Both the position numbers and the translations under genes were made by a program. Shown here piece after piece: positions 50,662 to 58,816 of a stretch of 64,000 nucleotides of DNA. The notes beneath the pieces are model-generated. The model was not told the DNA's origin. It did not search any database and was given only the letters and a program-made list of their open reading frames with translations. The DNA is from an uncultured Candidatus Saccharibacteria bacterium (lineage in GTDB: Bacteria; Patescibacteriota; Minisyncoccia; Phycocordibacterales; DATGWK01), in assembly GCA_964428845.1 (NCBI GenBank), contig CAYRZH010000003.1:25884-89883 (forward strand). Direction: 5' to 3'. Each line of letters begins with the position of its first letter. The first letter of the stretch is position 1.

Positions 50662-51318
50662 TTAGGATTGAGAACCAACTTGCGGGACAACGAACGCGAA
50701 CCCCCCACCACCATCCCACCTGCGGTCAGGCCCGCCGCCGCGCGCGCGGAGCCAGTCACCACCGTCGCACCGGTCCACGGAGAGCAAGCCCGGAACACCA
50801 CAGGAGTCGTTGATGGGTTCGTGCATGGCAACGATGTACCACAGACCCATCGCTTCGATCTCCTTGTCCGTGAACTTCTCACGGATGAGGCAGGCCAGTT
50901 CGGCGTTCGGCTTCGAGAGCTTGCGTCTGTCGGCCTCGGCGCGGATCTTCTTCGTGGTCCGGTCGTTGTCCTCGAAGAGCATGCCCTTGAGAACGGCGAC
51001 TTCGGTCGTCACGCCGCTCGTCGGCTTGAAGTCAGGGCTTCGGAGCACCTGCTTGGCGTAGTCACCCACACGGAGGCCTCTGCTTTTGAGTCGAGTGATC
51101 CAGGCTTTACCGGTCGTGCCGTCGCTCGTAACCGAGAAGTAGATGACGCCGCCTTCTTCGCGCCACGAACGGGTCGGCTTTGAAACAACCCATTCACCCG
51201 AATTGACGAGTCTGATCGCTTCATTCGGGTCGGTCGAGCCGGTCTGACGCATGATGTTCTTCACCAGTGCGTTCAGCTTGCCGGGTAGCACGTCTGCGAT
51301 TGCGAATTTTGTGCTCAT
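50662..51318 (-). CDS. High-GC island gene 3: hypothetical protein, a close paralog of island gene 1
   Basis: The 331-bp block 50803-51133 is identical to 19108-19438 by manual comparison. SD AAGGAGatacaatcATG. The protein shares EEGGVIYF...GLWYIVAMHEPINDS with island gene 1. Confidence 0.7.
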   Translation of the reverse strand: MSTKFAIADVLPGKLNALVKNIMRQTGSTDPNEAIRLVNSGEWVVSKPTRSWREEGGVIYFSVTSDGTTGKAWITRLKSRGLRVGDYAKQVLRSPDFKPTSGVTTEVAVLKGMLFEDNDRTTKKIRAEADRRKLSKPNAELACLIREKFTDKEIEAMGLWYIVAMHEPINDSCGVPGLLSVDRCDGGDWLRARGGGPDRRWDGGGGFAFVVPQVGSQS

Positions 51319-51470
51319 GATTGTATCTCCTTGGGCTAATTTGCCCGTTTCGTTTTCCTCTAATCCGAGGAGGAACCATGGCCTATGTGGTCATAGCGAG
51401 GAATGGCCTAGTTTTAAGCCACTTTTCGCTATGACCACTTACAAGTAGTTCAATGTTCAGTCTGCGGCTC

Positions 51471-51499
51471 ATTTTACACCCTTTCTTGGTATAAGTCAA
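51471..51499 (-). promoter_or_regulatory. Near-consensus sigma-70 promoter for island gene 3 (TTGACT-N17-TAAAAT)
   Basis: Reverse complement reads ttgact tataccaagaaagggtg taaaat. The 150-nt leader contains the hairpin gtggtcatagcg...cgctatgaccac. Confidence 0.55.
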
Positions 51500-51511
51500 T
51501 ACCTCGTCGTT

Positions 51512-51808
51512 TTATGATTTTTTTAGATATCTAACAAGTTTCTTACCAGTAAAAGGACCTATTGATTCACCTCGAGTATATTCTTCTCTTGCCTCTCGTA
51601 TGATTTTTGCTAGGTATGGAGTTGGCACTAGCTCGTTAGCAGATAGTACTAGTTTCTTCTCCCGAACAAATTGCTTCAGGAAAGCATTGATCGCGGTGCT
51701 CAATGGTACACCAAGCTCTTCGGCTGTTTCCTTGGCCGCCTTTTTTAAATCCTTCTCCGTTTTTATATTTAATATTGTTTTGGTATTCATATACCAAAGT
51801 ATATACAA
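51512..51808 (-). CDS. Ribbon-helix-helix RelB/DinJ-family antitoxin-like protein, with no RelE-like toxin partner adjacent
   Basis: Length and the TAINAFLKQFVREKKLVL pattern match DinJ/RelB antitoxins. The downstream gene on the same strand is island gene 3. Confidence 0.55.
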   Translation of the reverse strand: MYILWYMNTKTILNIKTEKDLKKAAKETAEELGVPLSTAINAFLKQFVREKKLVLSANELVPTPYLAKIIREAREEYTRGESIGPFTGKKLVRYLKKS

Positions 51809-51838
51809 TGGTATATTTAAGTCAATACTGCCTTACTT

Positions 51839-51881
51839 CCTCCCCACCACCTTCAAAACAGCTTTCTTTATAACTTCTACT
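51839..51881. repeat. Repeat B: a 43-bp duplicate of the 3' coding end of the transketolase C-subunit gene (true copy at 53603-53645)
   Basis: tccccaccaccttcaaaacagct(t/c)tctttata(a/g)cttctactc. The minus-strand translation ...VEVIKKAVLKVVGRK* mirrors the tkt C-terminus ...VEAIKRAVLKVVGRK*. Confidence 0.8.
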
Positions 51882-51936
51882 CTCTCGAAAAAAATTGAAA
51901 AGAAAAAGCCCCGCACCGCGCGAGGCCTCCATGCTA

Positions 51937-52650
51937 TCAACTCAACGATTCGCTTAGACCTACCCCCATCTCGCTGTAGAACTCATCAAGAGGAGCTTTG
52001 ATCAATCCTAGTTGCTTGAGGGTAAAGTATTTCCCCTTTAGTGTCTCGACTTCTCTTTTCACCTGCCCCTCATCCAGAGTCTCGCCCTCGCCCAGCTCAC
52101 CTTTCAACTGCAGGATTTTGACGACTTGCTGAGCCATAATCTCATTCGCAATACCCTCTAGCTCGGCAAGGTTTAGCCCACAGAGATCTTTCAGATCAGT
52201 GACACCTGTTTCCCTGATAAAGTCCGATAAACAAACTCGGAATAGGTAGAACTTCGGAGATATGAGGTTGGTTAGAAACCTCCCAACCGCAGAGAGGACC
52301 ATTCCAAAAACACAGAGAACAAGGCCGATTTCTATGGCGATCGATATCCACATAGACACGACGGCCTGACACAGAGCCAATAAGGTATTGGGGGTTATGA
52401 AGACAGTGCTCAACAGAAGGGTAAGAAAACAAAACCCCACTAATAGGGCCAGAGCCAGTATAAGATACAGATAGCCCCACATCACACCCTCGATGAACCG
52501 TATCGCCCTCGCGACTCTTAGAAAATCCTTTCCAGTTCTTTCTCTCCATAGGTTGAGAATAGCTTCTGGAATTTGCTTTCTCTTTACGACCACCACCCAA
52601 TCCTTCGTACTCCAGCCATGGATACTATTCAGTTTACGGACAGTGCTCAT
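51937..52650 (-). CDS. Hypothetical integral membrane protein (3 TM plus a C-terminal coiled/acidic cytoplasmic domain). Start chosen at MSTVRKLNS, which has an SD ACAGGAGAcagagaATG.
   Basis: TM segments (WGYLYLILALALLVGFCFLTLLL, LLALCQAVVSMWISIAIEIGLVLCVFGMVL). The track ORF extends to 52761, but the promoter at 52752-52785 argues for the shorter start. Confidence 0.45.
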   Translation of the reverse strand: MSTVRKLNSIHGWSTKDWVVVVKRKQIPEAILNLWRERTGKDFLRVARAIRFIEGVMWGYLYLILALALLVGFCFLTLLLSTVFITPNTLLALCQAVVSMWISIAIEIGLVLCVFGMVLSAVGRFLTNLISPKFYLFRVCLSDFIRETGVTDLKDLCGLNLAELEGIANEIMAQQVVKILQLKGELGEGETLDEGQVKREVETLKGKYFTLKQLGLIKAPLDEFYSEMGVGLSESLS

Positions 52651-52751
52651 TCTCTGTCTCCTGTGTTTTATTAGAAAATGGCCCTGTTTCGCACATTTTC
52701 TACCAGTTATCGATTCTTTTTGCCCGCTACCAAAGAACATCTTCCCGCGAG

Positions 52752-52785
52752 AACAATACAACTTTTTAGTACTGAGTCAATCACG
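52752..52785 (-). promoter_or_regulatory. Sigma-70-like promoter (TTGACT-N16-TATTGT)
   Basis: Reverse complement reads ttgact cagtactaaaaagttg tattgt. Confidence 0.45.
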
Positions 52786-52821
52786 CCATAGTTACAAGAT
52801 GATCTCGCAGGGCAAAGGAAA

Positions 52822-52850
52822 AGCCCGCGACGATTGTCGCGGGCTTTGAA
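52822..52850 (-). terminator. Rho-independent terminator of the 52861-53397 gene
   Basis: Perfect 10-bp stem agcccgcgac/gtcgcgggct followed by TTTTCCTTT on the minus strand. Confidence 0.7.
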
Positions 52851-52860
52851 AACTTGAAAT

Positions 52861-53397
52861 TCAACTTGCGAGAACCGGAGTGGGGGCAGAGGCGGTCCAC
52901 TGTCCTTCCGTGCGACCTTCTAGATAAGCCTGATCGCAGAAAGGATCCCAATGCTCATCCCAGGAGAGACGGAGAACGAACTCCCCAATGCCATCCTGGA
53001 AGATGGTACCCCAGAAGCAGAGATCGGTCCTTTTCCCAAGACGATCTCTCTTCCATCTTGCGGGAATGAGTTTGGGGTTCTGCTTCAGAACAGAGAGGAC
53101 CGTGGCAGGCAAAGCCTTACCCCTGATCTGGAAACGGAACTTGGAACCAGGGACCGCCTTACCCGCCAACTGGTCGGGAGAGAGGAAGAGTTCGATCTTC
53201 TCACCGTTGGCAAAAAGATCGTCTCCCACACGGGTGAGCTTGAGCTCTCCCATGTCAGTGTGCTGCTTGATCGACCAGCCGTCTTCGAGCTGTGCCGGAT
53301 CGAGGTGACGTGGAACGTCGAACTCGGTCGGCAGTCCAACGTCGAGCCCCAGCTCATTGTTATTGCCAGCCATTTGAGTCTCCTTTCTGGTTTGCAA
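52861..53397 (-). CDS. High-GC hypothetical protein (178 aa), unrelated in sequence to island genes 1-3
   Basis: High GC against the local background. Minus-strand ORF with a strong terminator. No recognisable domain. Confidence 0.45.
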   Translation of the reverse strand: MQTRKETQMAGNNNELGLDVGLPTEFDVPRHLDPAQLEDGWSIKQHTDMGELKLTRVGDDLFANGEKIELFLSPDQLAGKAVPGSKFRFQIRGKALPATVLSVLKQNPKLIPARWKRDRLGKRTDLCFWGTIFQDGIGEFVLRLSWDEHWDPFCDQAYLEGRTEGQWTASAPTPVLAS

Positions 53398-53595
53398 CAG
53401 CGTTCTTTCGAACTGCGTTGCTTTTACTCTGTTTTGCTTACCACATTGGTTTGCCCCAGCATAGAAAGCCCTTTTGGGCCCTCTACGCTAAGGCAAACTC
53501 GCAAGTTTGTTAACGTGCTATCTGCGTATATTATACCACCATTCAAATAATAAGTCAAGCTAATCTGTTAGGTAACACACTCCCAAATTAATAGC

Positions 53596-54573
53596 CTATT
53601 TTCTCCCCACCACCTTCAAAACAGCTCTCTTTATAGCTTCTACTCCCATGCCGTAATGCTCGATGAGCTCGTCTGGCTTGCCTGATTGACCAAACTCGTC
53701 TTTTACGCCGAGAAATTCTATTGGTACTGGAAAATTTGAGGCTAGGCATTCTGCAACGGCGCTACCCATTCCACCCGCGATCTGATGTTCCTCTAGGGTC
53801 ACTATTGCGCCAGTTTCTTTGGCCGCATCTACAATAGCTTTCTCGTCGAGCGGTTTTATGGTTGCCAGATTTATAACATTCACATTTGTGCCAGCGGTTT
53901 CAAGATCGTGCGCCGCCTGCATGGCTCGGTAGACAAGCGCGCCGGTTGCGATGATTGTGGCGACCGGCGTATTCTTCGGTTCAAAAAATGTTGCCGCCTT
54001 CCCTATTTCAAAAGGAGTATCTTCGGTTGTGATAACTGGAGTCTTTTCTCGTCCAAGACGAATGTAAACCGGAGTATCTGTCTTTGCGGCCGCGATCGTA
54101 GCTTTGCGCGCTTCGATGGCGTCGCAGGGTGAGATCACCACCATACGCGGGATGACTCGCATGATAGCAATGTCCTCGATCGCTTGATGTGTGCCGCCGT
54201 CGGGCCCTACAGAAATACCCGCATGCGACCCGATGATCTTCACAGGACGATCGTTGTAGCAAATAGTGGTCCGGATTTGTTCCCAGTTTCTTCCTGGAGA
54301 AAACATAGCGTAAGAAGTAATGAAAGGAATTTTGCCCATGGCCGCCATACCGGAGCCAACTCCAGCAAGATTTTGCTCGGCAACTCCGATCTGCACAAAT
54401 CTTTCCGGAAATTTTTTGGCAAAAAGGTGGGCTTGGGCAGACTCTGTAAGGTCGGCACAGAGAGCTACCACTCGCGAGTCGGCTTCACCAGCAGCTAAAA
54501 GCCCTTCGCCATATCCTTTTCGGATCGGCACCTGCTCGATGTCAGCGGAAAAAAGTTTGGGGTTCAGGTTCAT
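53596..54573 (-). CDS. tkt: Transketolase C-terminal section (pyrimidine-binding and C-terminal domains) of a split transketolase
   Basis: 325 aa matching the transketolase C-half (GVAEQNLAGVGSGMAAMG, GPDGGTHQAIEDIAIMR). Confidence 0.85.
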   Translation of the reverse strand: MNLNPKLFSADIEQVPIRKGYGEGLLAAGEADSRVVALCADLTESAQAHLFAKKFPERFVQIGVAEQNLAGVGSGMAAMGKIPFITSYAMFSPGRNWEQIRTTICYNDRPVKIIGSHAGISVGPDGGTHQAIEDIAIMRVIPRMVVISPCDAIEARKATIAAAKTDTPVYIRLGREKTPVITTEDTPFEIGKAATFFEPKNTPVATIIATGALVYRAMQAAHDLETAGTNVNVINLATIKPLDEKAIVDAAKETGAIVTLEEHQIAGGMGSAVAECLASNFPVPIEFLGVKDEFGQSGKPDELIEHYGMGVEAIKRAVLKVVGRK

Positions 54574-54583
54574 TATGGATATG

Positions 54584-54690
54584 GAGTTTAAATAAATACC
54601 TCGTCTCGCACGATAAAATTCTCGCTGAAATTTTCCTCGTGCTCGCGCCGTCGCGCTCGCAAGGCTTCACCTCGGTACTTATTTAAACTC
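54584..54690. repeat. Hairpin element copy 3
   Basis: Arms ggagtttaaataaatacctcg / cgaggtacttatttaaactcc pair perfectly. They differ from copies 1 and 2 at several positions on both arms simultaneously. Core ...aaattttcctcg.gctcgcgccgtcgcgctcgc is conserved. Lies 11 nt upstream of the tkt C-section ATG. Confidence 0.75.
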
Positions 54691-54715
54691 CAGTTATTTC
54701 TTTTAATAGATTTAT

Positions 54716-55066
54716 TCATTTTCGTTTCCTAGCCCAGCCCCAGATCGAGCCGAGGATTGCACCTATTAAAAAAACAATGATTAGAGAAACAGCTTCTGCA
54801 GCAATAATACCAATTACATAATCATTGAGTGAAACCCCTGGCATCCCCCCGCCTGGAATATGAGAATAAACAAAGTCGCTGTCAAGAAGTACTAGCGAAG
54901 GAAAAACCAAAAAACCAAAAATTAGGATCCAAAAAAAACTAATATCAAAACCGACACTTTGTCGCACCTTTACAGCAAGAAAGATTACCGAAATTAAGTG
55001 AACAAGCGAGAGGATTAACCCGCCCTTGACCCAATAAGGTAAAATTTTCCAGCTTACTTTATTCAT
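54716..55066 (-). CDS. Small hypothetical membrane protein (116 aa, 3-4 TM) inserted between the two transketolase halves
   Basis: Hydrophobic segments throughout. No recognised family. Confidence 0.4.
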   Translation of the reverse strand: MNKVSWKILPYWVKGGLILSLVHLISVIFLAVKVRQSVGFDISFFWILIFGFLVFPSLVLLDSDFVYSHIPGGGMPGVSLNDYVIGIIAAEAVSLIIVFLIGAILGSIWGWARKRK

Positions 55067-55079
55067 CTATGTTTGCATA

Positions 55080-55943
55080 TTATTTATTTTTAATGCTCAT
55101 CTCAACCTCCCGCAGTGCCGCGAGTGCCATCGCTGCCTCTTCTTTGTTTGGCGGCTTGCCATGCCATTCAAACTTGCGCTCGAACGCAGGCACACCCTTG
55201 CCTGGAATATTGTGAGAAATAATCACCGACGGTTTTTCAAAAATCGCTTTTGCCTGGCCCACCGCGTCTACAATTTCTTCAAAATTGTGCCCATTGATTT
55301 CCTGCACGTGCCAGTTCCACGCTTCCCATTTGGCTCGAAGCGGCTCGAGCGGCATGATGTCCTCGGTGAAGCCGTCTATTTGGATGTTGTTGCGATCGAT
55401 GATGGCGATGACATTTCGCAGCTTATTTTTCCCCGCAAGCATAGCGGCCTCCCAAGTCATACCGGAGTCGAGCTCACCGTCGCTCAAAAGTGCGTAAATA
55501 TATCGCTCGCTTGAAATGCCCTTATCTATCCTATCTGCCAGAGCCATACCCACTGCCTGTGAAAGACCACAGCCAAGCGGGCCGGAGCTAGTCTCAACCA
55601 TCGGCAAGAACTCGCGATGAGGATGACCCTGCAAGCGCGAGCCAAATTTTCTTAAAGTTTTGAGTTCTTTCAGGGGAAAATATCCGGCATATGCCATCGT
55701 GGTATAAAGGACTGGGCAAATGTGGCCGTTTGAAAGCACCAGACGGTCGCGCTCTGGCCAGTCTGGTTTTTTAGGGTCATGTTTTAAAAGGTGAAAATAG
55801 AGCGCAGTAAAAATGTCGGCCATACCGAGTGGCCCGGCGGTGTGTCCAGACCCAGCCTCAAGTAGCGTCTCAATGATCGTCTGTCTGATCTTGTTCGCCT
55901 GAAGCTCAAGCTCCTTTATTTTTTTATCTGTGAGTTCGGTCAT
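55080..55943 (-). CDS. tkt: Transketolase N-terminal section (TPP-binding domain)
   Basis: GHTAGPLGMADIF and GDGELDSGMTWEAAM (TPP-binding GDG motif). 287 aa. Confidence 0.85.
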   Translation of the reverse strand: MTELTDKKIKELELQANKIRQTIIETLLEAGSGHTAGPLGMADIFTALYFHLLKHDPKKPDWPERDRLVLSNGHICPVLYTTMAYAGYFPLKELKTLRKFGSRLQGHPHREFLPMVETSSGPLGCGLSQAVGMALADRIDKGISSERYIYALLSDGELDSGMTWEAAMLAGKNKLRNVIAIIDRNNIQIDGFTEDIMPLEPLRAKWEAWNWHVQEINGHNFEEIVDAVGQAKAIFEKPSVIISHNIPGKGVPAFERKFEWHGKPPNKEEAAMALAALREVEMSIKNK

Positions 55944-56669
55944 TTAGTTTTCTTCGTTTACCTCCGCGCCACCCGCTAGATTTTGCAATTCCTCAAGTGC
56001 CTCCGCAACATTCTCACTTGAAAATATTGCGGAGCCGGCAACGAGCCTTTCGGCGCCTGCCGATATTAGCTCGTGGGCGTTCTTCTTACTCACCCCCCCG
56101 TCAACGCTAATTGTAACGTCAGGAAATTTGCGGCGCAAATCCGATATTTTTTCTAAAACACGATTGTCAAAGGGTTCGCCCTGAAAACCAATCTTGGCAA
56201 TGCCCATAAATTGGATAAGGTCTACCTCCGGAACGATTTCATAAATTTTTTCATTCGGTGTGTCGACGTTCAAAGCCACCCCGATGTCGACATGAAGAAA
56301 CGACTCGCCGCTTGGAATGTTCTCTCTCATAGTTTTGACCAGTGAAAGCGGATTGCTCGCAGACTCAAAATGAATAATTATGCGGTTGGCACCAGCTATA
56401 AGCCAATCCCTCCAAATGTTTTCGGGGTTCGAAACCATAAGATCGACTTCAAAATCGAGACTTTCCCAAAAAGGGAATCCTTTTTCTTCTTTAAGGATAG
56501 CGGTAAGATCCGGATCGGGAATTTTTTTGTACGGCCAGGATTTTTCTCCCACAAAAACACCGTCACATACATCGACCTGGACCTGCGTTACAAGGCCGGA
56601 AACTGCTGACATTTTTTCTTCCAAATCAGAAAAGTTCTGCGGAATGATGGCGGGAATTATCTCGATCAT
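55944..56669 (-). CDS. rpe: Ribulose-phosphate 3-epimerase. Start chosen at MIEIIPAIIP; the track ORF extends to 56792 over rpiB.
   Basis: VDVCDGVFV metal-binding block and C-terminal ISVDGGVSKKNAHELISAGAERLVAGSAIF. Confidence 0.75.
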   Translation of the reverse strand: MIEIIPAIIPQNFSDLEEKMSAVSGLVTQVQVDVCDGVFVGEKSWPYKKIPDPDLTAILKEEKGFPFWESLDFEVDLMVSNPENIWRDWLIAGANRIIIHFESASNPLSLVKTMRENIPSGESFLHVDIGVALNVDTPNEKIYEIVPEVDLIQFMGIAKIGFQGEPFDNRVLEKISDLRRKFPDVTISVDGGVSKKNAHELISAGAERLVAGSAIFSSENVAEALEELQNLAGGAEVNEEN

Positions 56670-56685
56670 TTTATTTTTAGGATTT

Positions 56686-57216
56686 TTAATGACCCACATG
56701 CCCGCGCTGATCGGCGCCGTGTTGGCCGCCACGCTGACTGACGTGAAGGCCATCGATCTTTTCAAGCCGGCGAACGTGCCGAACATCACCACTAAACGGT
56801 GTGGTGAGCCACTGTTTGACTGCTTCTTTGGCGTCCTTTATAGAGAGAAAGCGGGCGCCGAGGGAAAGAACATTGGCGTCATTGTGCTCACGGGCAGTGG
56901 CAATTTCATGGGGAATTACCCGACCGTCGACAGGCTTGTATTGACCATTAAAAACAGCGGCCCGGACGTGAGGAAAGCGATTGGCCACTATTGCTTCTCC
57001 CTGCCCCGTTCCACCGATGATTATTCCCCGCTTCGTGCCACCACTCTCCGAAACTTCGCGCGCAAGTGGAGCGATAAAGTCCGGATAGTCGTCTTCGGCA
57101 TTAAATTCATATGAGCCAAAGTCTCTCACCGCATAGCCAAGGTCGCGCAAAAATGGCACGAGTTCGCGCTTGAGCTCGAAGCCGGCATGATCATTGGCGA
57201 TGAGGAGAGTTTCCAT
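56686..57216 (-). CDS. rpiB: Ribose-5-phosphate isomerase B (RpiB/LacAB family)
   Basis: IANDHAGFELK N-terminal signature. 176 aa. Confidence 0.85.
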   Translation of the reverse strand: METLLIANDHAGFELKRELVPFLRDLGYAVRDFGSYEFNAEDDYPDFIAPLAREVSESGGTKRGIIIGGTGQGEAIVANRFPHVRAAVFNGQYKPVDGRVIPHEIATAREHNDANVLSLGARFLSIKDAKEAVKQWLTTPFSGDVRHVRRLEKIDGLHVSQRGGQHGADQRGHVGH

Positions 57217-57223
57217 AAAAAAA

Positions 57224-58018
57224 TTATTCTACACCTCTCTCTGGCCCTTTAAGTAAAGAATTTAGAAAATTTCTTGTAAGCGGTCCAAAGAAACCAGTAC
57301 CTGTCGTAATCCCAAGTTTTACCTTGTGGGTTTCCTGAAATTTAATCAGAGCTGTTTTAGTAAGTGGTCCAAAGTATGTTGATTCATTTCCTGGTGATCC
57401 AGTTCCAGAAACGGAAACAGTGAACTTGTTTAAATTTAAAATCTCTTGAAGAACTTTTACATCACTTCCGGCTGAACCAATTTGGAGATCCCTATAAAAA
57501 AGAAAGTGGCCCCATAAAGGTTGAGGAACTTTAACAGGTGGAATTTCTAGTTTGAATGGATTTTCAGTATCAACAGGAATCTGGGAGTTCCCTAGTTGCT
57601 CTATCGCCGTACCCGAATCTTCAATAAAAGCTGTGCCGGAACAGGCTCCTGTTATATATGATCCATTTTCGAGTTTATTAGCATAAACAAGATAAGTTTT
57701 GTCGAGCTGTGGAATTCCAAAACCACACATTGCATCGGCATTTGTTTTAAGTTCTACATACTTAAGGAGTGTTTTAGGTTTCCAAAACTTCGAGATCTCT
57801 AGAATTGTATTCGCACTAGAGCCCAATGTAACGGATTGATTATACGGATTAGGTGTGACTTTGACAGATATCGCCTTACCGACAAACACTGCATCAGATT
57901 GAGCCAGTCTTTCGATTGGGGTCGTAAGCATACACGAACAAGCGTTGACATCTTTCGGAATAAATAAAATCGAGAGCGAGAAAGCGGTAATGAGAGAGGA
58001 AGTTACGAGTTTATTCAT
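57224..58018 (-). CDS. Secreted protein with a C-terminal peptidoglycan-binding (PG_binding_1-like) domain
   Basis: Signal peptide and Cys-rich N-terminus. C-terminal VKVLQEILN...GPLTKTALIKFQ pattern typical of PGBD. Confidence 0.55.
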   Translation of the reverse strand: MNKLVTSSLITAFSLSILFIPKDVNACSCMLTTPIERLAQSDAVFVGKAISVKVTPNPYNQSVTLGSSANTILEISKFWKPKTLLKYVELKTNADAMCGFGIPQLDKTYLVYANKLENGSYITGACSGTAFIEDSGTAIEQLGNSQIPVDTENPFKLEIPPVKVPQPLWGHFLFYRDLQIGSAGSDVKVLQEILNLNKFTVSVSGTGSPGNESTYFGPLTKTALIKFQETHKVKLGITTGTGFFGPLTRNFLNSLLKGPERGVE

Positions 58019-58173
58019 GTTAGATGAATGTTTTCACTGATAATATTATCAATATTCATTATACCAACTCATAAACCCGAGCGAAACAAGTTGACAGCCT
58101 TTTATGAGTTGCTACAATGGCGATGTCATACCTTCCCCTTAACGGGGGAATTTTCATTTCTCTACCAGATTAC

Positions 58174-58683
58174 TTATAATCGTGAAATTTCACCTTTAAG
58201 TTTCTTAAGGTTTACATATTTTGCTCTGTCTAAAAGTTCCTTAGAAACATGACCTTTTGTAGAAATCACTATTACTCGTTTTCCGTGGTTTTTGACGACA
58301 TCGAGCAAGGCGGCAAAATCACTGTCGCCAGACATAAGAATAAGTGAGTCAAATTTGGGAATGTTCTCTAAAATATCGATGGTAAGCTCAACATCGAGGT
58401 CCCCCTTCCATTCAAAAGTATTATTCTTTAGTCTGATTCGTTTTACCTCTTTTGCCTTGACTATATAACCCAGATTTTTAAGTTTCTCGAGAAAAGAATT
58501 TTGTTTTTCATTATCACCAACTCGACCAGTATGAAAGTAAATTTTTAAAAGATCGCATTCTTTTTCGAAATATTTCTTTAACTTTTCATAATCAACTTTC
58601 CAGCCAAGGCTCTGTTGAGAGTAAAGTATATTGGCAGCATCAACAAATACAAATACCCTACCACTTACTAGATTCCTTATCAT
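58174..58683 (-). CDS. NYN-domain (LabA/DUF88-like) predicted RNase
   Basis: VFVFVDAANI...LILMSGDSDF...VIVIS acidic-residue pattern of NYN/PIN-like nucleases. Confidence 0.65.
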   Translation of the reverse strand: MIRNLVSGRVFVFVDAANILYSQQSLGWKVDYEKLKKYFEKECDLLKIYFHTGRVGDNEKQNSFLEKLKNLGYIVKAKEVKRIRLKNNTFEWKGDLDVELTIDILENIPKFDSLILMSGDSDFAALLDVVKNHGKRVIVISTKGHVSKELLDRAKYVNLKKLKGEISRL

Positions 58684-58816
58684 GATATTTACCCCTAAAT
58701 ATATAATTATCGGGGGGTGAACATCATTTATTTATAAATTTTTATTAAAATCCAGTTCTTGATTCTCCCCATCCACACCACCGCAAGACAGAGTTTCCGT
58801 ATTAGAATAGAGAGCA

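Noticed and set aside
52951-53550. Plus-strand ORFs (199 aa, 106 aa) overlapping the 178-aa high-GC minus-strand gene
   Set aside because: They are high-GC open-frame artefacts. Only the minus-strand ORF is followed by a perfect terminator and is co-oriented with the neighbouring genes.
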